Below are positions 48,701 to 58,600 of a stretch of DNA of 64,000 nucleotides, piece after piece. Each line of letters starts with the position of its first letter. Within the stretch, counting starts at the first letter, position 1. The notes below the pieces were generated by a model that was not told the origin of the DNA, did not search any database, and worked only from the letters and a program-made list of their open reading frames with translations. The stretch is taken from assembly GCF_001194135.2 (NCBI RefSeq), contig NC_068982.1, positions 155,565,935-155,629,934 of the forward strand, in the 5' to 3' direction. The DNA comes from Octopus bimaculoides (Eukaryota). Both the position numbers and the translations under genes were made by a program.

Positions 48701-51700
48701 AGCAAGTCATAAAACTCTAGGGCCTTAGAGTTAACCTAGCAAAAATCTTAGTCTTAGTAAGTTGGAAGGCAGACAAATCACAAATCCCTCCAGATAAATG
48801 ACCCTGTTTGATCTGTAGAAGAGGCGTAGGCAGGAACTCCATAAGATGCACTTGGTGTAAGCTTTGGATACATGAAAGGTGCAGCAATATCAGAGGAAGG
48901 TTAACAGGGAAACTAGCTTTCATATGTGCAAGATGCACAGGTACAATAAATGCTGAAAATGTGCAAAAAAATAGACTCCATCAACTGCCAAGGGGGCAAG
49001 CTAGAGGTAGTAGATAGCTTCCATTATCTATGTGACTCAGTAGTGGAGGTGGATGCTGTGAGAATAAGATTAGGCTGGGTAAAGTTCAGAGAGCGCCTAC
49101 CCCTTCTGGCAACAAAGAGCTTCTCTCTGAGTGAAAGGCAAATTGATGCCTGTGTGCAAACAGCTATGCTGCGTGGCAATGAAACATGCTGTGACAGCCA
49201 AGGACATGCATAGGCTTGAAGGAAATGAAGCCAGTATGCTTTGCTGGATGTGCAATGTCAGTGTGCATGTTTGACAAAGTGTAAGCATCCTGAGAGAAAA
49301 GTTAGGCATAAGAGGCATCAGGTGTGGTGTGCAAGAGCGATGACTGTGCTGGTATGGTCATGTGATTTGTATGGATGAGGACAGCTGTGTAAAGAAGTGC
49401 CAATCTCTCTGTGATAGAGGTAGATCCAGGAAGATATGGGACAAGGTGGTGAAGCATGATCTTCGAACGTTGAGCGTCACAGAGGCAATGACTAGTGACG
49501 GAGATCTTAGGCAATGTGCTGATGTGCTGTGCTTGAGAGGACCCATCAAGCTAAATGAAATCATAGTCATGGTAACTGGCACCTGTACTGGTGGCATGTA
49601 AAGAACATCTTTCGAGTGTTGGGCCTCACGGAGGGCAATAACCAAAACTTTTGGCATTGTCGTGCTTGAGAAGATCCATCAAGCCAAGCAAAATTGCAGT
49701 TGTGGCAGATACCGGTGTCATGCAAATGGCACCAATGCCAGTGGCACAAAGAAGCACCCATTACACTCTCGGAGTGGTTGGCATTAGGAAGGGCATCTAG
49801 CCATAAAAAAAAACATGCTAAATCAGACTGGAGTCTGGTGTAGCATGCCAGCCCAGTCAAACCGTCCATCCTATTCCAGCATGGAGAACAGACATTAAAT
49901 GATGATGATGAGATACTCTGCTCTCATGATACCACCATGGAAGGTGGGTGTTAAACGATGATGATGATATATATGTGCGGGTGTGTGTCATCATCATCAT
50001 CGTTTAACGTCCACCTTCCATGNNNNNNNNNNNNNNNNNNNNNNNNNNNNNNNNNNNNNNNNNNNNNNNNNNNNNNNNNNNNNNNNNNNNNNNNNNNNNN
50101 NNNNNNNNNNNNNNNNNNNNNNNNNNNNNNNNNNNNNNNNNNNNNNTTATTATTATTATTATTATTATATATGTATATATATATATAAACGATGATGATG
50201 ATATATATGTGCGGGTGTGTGTCATCATCATCATCGTTTAACGTCCACCTTCCATGGTGGTATGGGTGGTATTATGAGAGCAGGGTAGGCAGGAGCCTGC
50301 ACCAGACTTCTGTGTCTGTTTTGGCATGGTTTTTACAGCTGGATGCCCTTCCTAACATCAACCACCTGGCAGATTGGACAGTGCTTTTTACATGGCACAA
50401 GCACAGGCAAGGTCAGTTTTAGCATGTTTTTTATACTGCTGGATGCCCTTCCAAACACCAACCACTTTACAATGTGGGCTGAATGCTGTTTGTGTGGCAC
50501 CAAACACTGGCAGGGTCACCAAGTCACTTGCAAGACAAAGATCCTTTGGGAGAGGAGGGGAGCATTGGAGGAGGAGGAGGAAGAAGACAAAGATCCTTTG
50601 GGAGGAGAGAGGCATTGGAGGAGGCCATCTTGTATGAGATGATGAAAAATGAAAGGTTTGAGTGTGACAGAGACAGAAACGAGTGTCTTGCTGTATAGCA
50701 GTAACATGGTTACCTGGCTACAGAGAGTGATCAGGAATGACACAGTAGCAGGTGTGCTGCTGTAAAGGAGATAAATGGCTATCCAGTCTGAGAGAAGTGC
50801 AAGAGAGAGGGAGTGNNNNNNNNNNNNNNNNNNNNNNNNNNNNNNNNNNNNNNNNNNNNNNNNNNNNNNNNNNNNNNNNNNNNNNNNNNNNNNNNNNNNN
50901 NNNNNNNNNNNNNNNNNNNNNNNNNNNNNNNNNNNNNNNNNNNNNNNNNNNNNNNNNNNNNNNNNNNNNNNNNNNNNNNNNNNNNNNNNNNNNNNNNNNN
51001 NNNNNNNNNNNNNNNNNNNNNNNNNNNNNNNNNNNNNNNNNNNNNNNNNNNNNNNNNNNNNNNNNNNNNNNNNNNNNNNNNNNNNNNNNNNNNNNNNNNN
51101 NNNNNNNNNNNNNNNNNNNNNNNNNNNNNNNNNNNNNNNNNNNNNNNNNNNNNNNNNNNNNNNNNNNNNNNNNNNNNNNNNNNNNNNNNNNNNNNNNNNN
51201 NNNNNNNNNNNNNNNNNNNNNNNNNNNNNNNNNNNNNNNNNNNNNNNNNNNNNNNNNNNNNNNNNNNNNNNNNNNNNNNNNNNNNNNNNNNNNNNNNNNN
51301 NNNNNNNNNNNNNNNNNNNNNNNNNNNNNNNNNNNNNNNNNNNNNNNNNNNNNNNNNNNNNNNNNNNNNNNNNNNNNNNNNNNNNNNNNNNNNNNNNNNN
51401 NNNNNNNNNNNNNNNNNNNNNNNNNNNNNNNNNNNNNNNNNNNNNNNNNNNNNNNNNNNNNNNNNNNNNNNNNNNNNNNNNNNNNNNNNNNNNNNNNNNN
51501 NNNNNNNNNNNNNNNNNNNNNNNNNNNNNNNNNNNNNNNNNNNNNNNNNNNNNNNNNNNNNNNNNNNNNNNNNNNNNNNNNNNNNNNNNNNNNNNNNNNN
51601 NNNNNNNNNNNNNNNNNNNNNNNNNNNNNNNNNNNNNNNNNNNNNNNNNNNNNNNNNNNNNNNNNNNNNNNNNNNNNNNNNNNNNNNNNNNNNNNNNNNN

Positions 51701-52656
51701 NNNNNNNNNNNNNNNNNNNNNNNNNNNNNNNNNNNNNNNNNNNNNNNNNNNNNNNNNNNNNNNNNNNNNNNNNNNNNNNNNNNNNNNNNNNNNNNNNNNN
51801 NNCTCACACACAGCACATTTCCAAAGGTCTCGGTCAGTAGTCATCGCCTCGGTGAGGCCCAATGTACAAAGGTCTTGCCTCACCACCTCAGCCCAGGTCT
51901 TCCTGGGCCTACCTCTTCCATGGGTTCCCTCAACTGTTAGGGTGTGGCACTTTTTCACGCAGCTATCCTCATCCATTCTCACCACATGTCCGTACTAGCG
52001 CAATCGTCTCTCTTGCACACCACAACTGATAAAGATAGAATTAAGCACAAAAATGGCTTGAATATGCCTTTCTATTAGTTATTTTGTATTTTTTAAAAAT
52101 ATTTCTTGTGGATGCCTAAGTTTCTGGGGGAAAATGGTGAATTAGATGATACTTCACTGAAGAGGTCTTATAATACAAAAAACGCGAGTCGACCCCTTAA
52201 CTGCATTGTCCACATTTTATTTTTAATTTCTCTCCCCATTCTTTATTAGTATTCTTTAAACTAATGAGACTGTCTCCTACCATATCTAAACTTTTAATCA
52301 GTTAAAATTACTTGGGTTACTACAATACGTTAGCACTGATTTATACATATAGGTTGTGGCCATCCCTGTGGTTTTTTTATTGTTCATTTTTGTCAAAATG
52401 TTATCCTTAACCCATTTCAGTTATGTTCGTACTGTTGTAAATAACACAGAGGAAGCTGATAATCCAGTGGATTCAGATGGTAAGTTAGATTATATTAGAA
52501 CTGCAGTGAATGGTAGATGAGTGAGCAACAAAAAATGTTTTCTACTGTTTAGTCTTCATTAAATTAACCTCCAAACATTGGAAGATATGGATATTGTAGT
52601 CCTAAATATATTTTCTTAGGAATGAGATGCCACTTCTTAATGATACATATTCAGTA

Positions 52657-52699
<43 letters not shown>

Positions 52700-55600
52700 A
52701 TTACGATGAACGTAAACAAACAAACGAAGTTTGCTTTTAGAAGCGTTGAAATGTCTTAGAAAGGTAAAGAAGTGATTTTAAATTCTCAAACGCAGGATAA
52801 TGCTAATAATATAGCCTGAACANNNNNNNNNNNNNNNNNNNNNNNNNNNNNNNNNNNNNNNNNNNNNNNNNNNNNNNNNNNNNNNNNNNNNNNNNNNNNN
52901 NNNNNNNNNNNNNNNNNNNNNNNNNNNNNNNNNNNNNNNNNNNNNNNNNNNNNNNNNNNNNNNNNNNNNNNNNNNNNNNNNNNNNNNNNNNNNNNNNNNN
53001 NNNNNNNNNNNNNNNNNNNNNNNNNNNNNNNNNNNNNNNNNNNNNNNNNNNNNNNNNNNNNNNNNNNNNNNNNNNNNNNNNNNNNNNNNNNNNNNNNNNN
53101 NNNNNNNNNNNNNNNNNNNNNNNNNNNNNNNNNNNNNNNGTCTATATTGGCCTGGGGTTAAACAAGGGAAGAAAAGGCACTCTTCTTCATATAAAAAGTA
53201 CAGTGTATGCATGAAAATGATGTAAGGAAATGGGATGCTACATTGTAATATGTATTCATTGACTTCCTGCTAATCTTTTAATCAGAGAAAGGCATGCATT
53301 TCCACCAGTCCACCACTGTAAACTAATTCTCCATCAATCAACACTGGAAAGATGAAATGCTAAGGTGCCAGAATAAATACTGCATGGCTTTTGTCCGACA
53401 CTCAAACACTGCCAGTTCATTGAGATTTGTTGAAAAAAGAACTCGGCAAATAGTCTTTCAATAATTTGAACTTTGATCTGAATATGATGGCCTAGCTTTG
53501 TCCCCCCCTCCCTACTTTTTTTTTGTTACATTGAGTTTTCTTTCTCATTAATTGGATGGGTTGGAGAGGTTTCCAATTACCTATTGTTCCAGATCTCTTG
53601 TTTCAATGACACTTTGTATGGTGTTTGTTTCAGCATCATTTCAACTATCACATGTGAAGACAAGGATACACACACGTGTTTATGTACATACACAATGTGC
53701 TTCTTTGTGTCTGTCTACCAAATCCACTTGCAAGGCTTTAGTGGACCTTGGGCTCTAGTACAAGACATTTTCCCAAAGTGCCTTGCAATTATATTAGACC
53801 CAAAACCAGACCAATGTGAATGGGAAGCAAACTTCTCAACCACACAGCCATACCTTTGCAATAATATTATCAAGGAAACTTCTGCCTAGTTACTTCATCT
53901 GTTCAATGTTACCATTTCTCTCATTAGCTAATGAGTTTCTCTGTATTTGCTATACTTATTTTTAACAGTCATACTCTACTGTCTAAAAAGTGAAAGGCTA
54001 TATTGGATAACAGTTATAGATACACTGAAGTAAAAAAAAAAATAAAAAGACTGGTATTTGAAGGGAACTACATGGTCAAGGCTAGAATGCCTTTTGATCA
54101 TGCCAGCTCTGTTGGGGTTAATATGGGGTTAAACAGTGTCTCTCAACCTGTTAGAAGTAGTAGTCACAACACCCTCAAACACACCCTATATTAAAAAAAG
54201 GACACAATGACTAATGCAGTGTGGAGACATTCCTGAAAAGGTGGGATAGCCATGGCTTGAATGCCTTTAATCCTAAGTCAGTTCTGATCAAGTAGAAAGA
54301 TTAAACAGCAGCAGCTAGTTATTGTTAATAATTTTGTGCTCACTTATCCTTATTTTATAAAGTATGTTTATTTTATTTTTCATCAGGTGAAGTTCTGGGA
54401 TTTGAAAACCTAGTTTATAGTGTCTTTGAATTTGTATTGGGTCTTTTGGAGACTGTGCGCTTTCGAGCTACCGTAAGAAAGTCATGTAATGAAATATTAT
54501 ATTACATGATACTCTACATGCAAATCACAGAGGATCAAGTATGTAACTTCTTTTTCTTTAAGTTTTATTTATTTATTGCATCATATTGTGAGTTGAATGG
54601 GTTTTGGAATGGGGGATTTAAACATTAATTATATTTTTTGTGTGTGTGTAATACCTTAGTTGAAAGTCCTACTGCATGGTACCAAGACAGGTCAGAAGAA
54701 ATTATATTCTTTCAAGAGGTCTGAGTGAATGCTAGCAATAAAGTGGACTCTGCTAAAGGCAGCAAAGGACTGGAGTTTTATTAAACCAGGTGACCACTTA
54801 AGTTGAAGAATGATGGATTTCTATAGTTACCAACTATCAAATGTTAACTAAAAATGCTGCCATGCAGTTGCAGAGCAGATTCTTTGGCCACATAACCAAA
54901 GCTTCACCCTGGTGTTACAATGTTTTATTTGGCTCTGAAGTTCACCACTGATGTTAGCTATAGGCATGTAGGTCAAATTTCACTGCCTTCATAATCATTT
55001 CAGCGTCTGCTATCGCGTCTAATAATAGAGGTATACACATCGATACATTAAACTGACAGTTTTGTTGGTATTCATTCTTTTAAAAGTAATGTAATCAGTG
55101 CTGTGTAAACAGTGTAATATTTAACATGTGATGGTGTTTTTGTTTGGTTTTACTTTTTTTCCCATCTAAAGTGGCTTCCACAAAGGCAGGTAAATGCTAC
55201 TGTAGCTCCTTGCCCTTAGAGGAATCATAGTTTGGGACACTTAGTATTTCTGTGAAGGTAGGAATACTATTGCTGATATATAAATGTTCTGCATCATATC
55301 CAAAAGGTTCGACTGATTGACACTAATTCACTCAATAACATGGCACACTGTCACAAGGTTTCCTCCTTTTGCATTTTGACCACTGACTGCAACTGCTTCT
55401 CTGATCAAGTTAAGTGCCTAATTTCTCCACACAAGCCTACTCATCTCTCCTCATTCTTATCCTTTCACCCCAGATACCCCTGCACAAAACATTTTGTCCA
55501 CTCCTTTCTCTCCAGAACAAATCTTTGGAAATCCCTTCTCTCTCCTTTTCCTGCTAACGTTACCAGTGTCGCCTTCCTGGCACTTGTGCCGCAACTCGCG

Positions 55601-58600
55601 TTCCTGGCACGTGAAAAGTCATTCGAGCGAGATTGTTGCCAGTGCCGCTGGACTGGCTCCTGTGCAGGTTGCCTTCGTGCTGGTGGCACGTAAAAGCACC
55701 CAATACACTCTCAGAGTGGTTGGCGTTAGGAAGGGCATCCAGCTGTAGAAACTCTGCCAAATCAGATTGGAGCCTGGTGTAGCCATCTGGTTCACCAGTC
55801 CTCAGTCAAATCGTCCAACCCATGCTAGCATAGAAAGCGGATGTTAAACAATGATGATGATGATGTTGACATCGAATGTTCAAAACAAGACATGCCCCAC
55901 ATCAATTTTACATGACAGGCTGCACATGCAAAGTTTAGACGCTTACCTCCTCCTCTTAACCAATTTTTTTTTTTAGCTGAGTGAACAACAAAGCCAATAC
56001 TGCAGGTTAGATACCGTATGATAATGCTTATGTTGTGCTATTGTATATTCTTCAATTCGAAGTGTCATAGATGTGACTAATTTTCTCTTACACGCAGCTC
56101 CTTTTACCATTTTAAATAGGTGCGGCTATGGAGTGGTGATCCTGATCAGTTTGTGGAAGATGAAGATGATGATACATTTTCCTATTCTGTTAGGATATCT
56201 GCACAAGATCTGTTGTTGGTTGGTTTTCCTACTTGTAATTATTTTCTTGAAATGTTCTTTAATTATGTTTCTGCTAACAATGTGTAACTTACCATTATAT
56301 TATCACTCTAAAATGTAAACTAAGTTCCTTCAATCCTCTTTTCTGTTGCAACTTGTTAAGCATAAACTATGTTCCCTCCTTTTTATTCATTTTCTCTTTC
56401 CTGTTTAACTGCAGCCTTTTCCTTTTCTGTCTCTTCTTTTGTCTCTTTCTTCCCCATTTCCTCCTCTACTGTCCCCTTTTGATCTTTCCCCTCTCTTTCT
56501 CTCTCTCTCTCTCTCTTTGTTTTTCTATATATTGTTTCCCTTCCTTTACAGTCCCTTGCTGCTGAGTTTCCTAATGAAAGTGCCCCAGCGCTATGTCAAG
56601 CCTTTACCCAACACATACAACAGGCAGAGCTTGACAAAAATGCTGGTAATCCCAATTGGTAGGAATTAAAATTTTTTCTTTTTATTTAAACCATATTGAG
56701 AGTAAATGATCAGTTGACATACTGACCACCTAAAATCATGATTTTGAATTCTGCTTATATAACTGTTTGCATGTAATGTACACTGTCCCTGTCTTTTTAT
56801 ATCTGGTATGCTTGGACTATTGAGTACGTACAAACATCCATAAATTTAGTCATGCAGTTGGTTGAGGCTTGGCTCACACCAACGCTTGAGTATGACTTGC
56901 ATTATGGCATTGCTCACATTTACATAGCATTAATATTATTACTATTAATGTACTAAGATTCACTAATTACACTAACTATTATCTCATAAATGTGCAATTC
57001 TATGTCTCTCTCTTACCCTTATTACAATACCCTCAGCTCACAAACCAGTCATCTGTATACTTTTTCTACTCAGGCCCACTTGTCTTTCTTCCTCTATTCT
57101 TTTATTAAACACTTTGCCCAATCCCTCTCTCCAGAACTGAACTACTCTCAATGTATATTTTTACTACCATTATCAGTGTCTAAATGCTCCTACTGCACAT
57201 CTTCATTAGTTCTGGAAGAGCCTACAACAGGTACGGACATTGTTGCTCCTCCTCTGACTAACTTATGAAACAATAACATACGAAGACAATTTACATTTTG
57301 TTTAACCTTGTTCTTACAGGTGGAAAGTTCACGAGTCATGTCTGTTGGCTTTAGGCAGTGTTCGTAATCTATTTGTTGATTATTTGAAAAAAGGGAAACT
57401 ACAGTTTGACATCAAACACTTTATTGAATCTGTGATCCTTGCAGATATGGCAGCTGAGTCAGGTAACTTTCATATATTCTTTGCTTCATCGTTATTGTAT
57501 ATTCTTATTTGTTACATCTTCTCTCTTAAAATTCTACTTTCTTTCTAAAATATGCAAATATTGGGGTAGATTCCTTGGGCACTTCCTCTATAGGGTCCTA
57601 TCAGAAGCAACTGTCATTACACTTTCTTGGTTTACCCCTAGGTCTCCTCCTAGTTGGCTTGGATAGAAGAATCCATCTTGTGATTCTTTCCTGCAACATT
57701 CTAATCACATGTCCATAGTACTAGATTAAAACTTCTATTTGTAGAAATGTCTGAGGAAAGACTTTAATTTGTAGAAATGTCTGAGGAAAGATTTTGGTTG
57801 TTGTTCTTGAGATTTTCTTGGCTGATTTGAATTTGGGTTGAGATGTTGACTACTGTTAACCCATTTGATAAAAACTCAGACATTATGACAAGTGATATTA
57901 AATGATGATAACCTGTGATTAACTATGTGTAAAGTATATGTAAAGAATGAAATTATCGTTAAATTATTTTAGACACTCTTTGTTCTAAATATTTGACATC
58001 TTTTTATATTTTTACCTCTCTGTAGTGTCACCGTTCTTGATTGGTCGTTGTCTTTGGACTGGCAGTAGATTTGCTGCAGTCATGGATAACGAAACAATGG
58101 ACAAGTGAGTATTCTTTAATGTTTTGCATGAATGTAAGAATGGCAGTTCTGTTTGCTACTTTGTTATTTTTTAAAATGATAAAAATTTTGTAAATACATC
58201 AAAGCTTTTCAAAAATGTCTTTCATATCCTGTCATTTGTATATTGCACTTATTTTTTAATACTTCTGTATATCTTATTTCTTTACTGCCCACAAGGGGCT
58301 ACACACAGCGGACAAACAAGGACACAAACAGATTAAGTCTATTGTACCAAGTCCAGTGCATAACTGGTACTTATTTAATTGACCCTGAAAGGATGAAAGG
58401 CAAAGTCAACCTCGGCGGAATTTGAACTCAGAACATAGCGGCAGACGAAATACTGCTAAGCATTTTGTCCAGTGTGCTAACGTTTCTGCCAGCTCGCCAC
58501 CTTCTGTATATCTGATTGTAAATAGCAACAAAGATTAATGATTAGTTTTGTGAACTTACTAGTTGAGTGAGAAGTTCTTGCAAATTTCTATCTTAATGTA

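Larger units (their letters stand above)
48401..52420 (+). other. U12-type (minor spliceosome) GT-AG intron, IPO9 intron 7
   Basis: 5' splice site GTATCCTTT at 48401-48409, branch site TCCTTAAC at 52404-52411, 9 nt before the end of the intron, no long polypyrimidine tract. Confidence 0.92.

Noticed and set aside
52157-52190. Hammerhead-like CTGAAGA...AAACGCGAGTC in the U12 intron
   Set aside because: G12 is missing, stem II is poor and there is no stem I pairing. At best a decayed remnant.
50516-53212. Long ORFs in the ORF track at 27.8, 42.1, 50.0-52.0 and 52.8 kb
   Set aside because: Artefacts of reading through N gaps.
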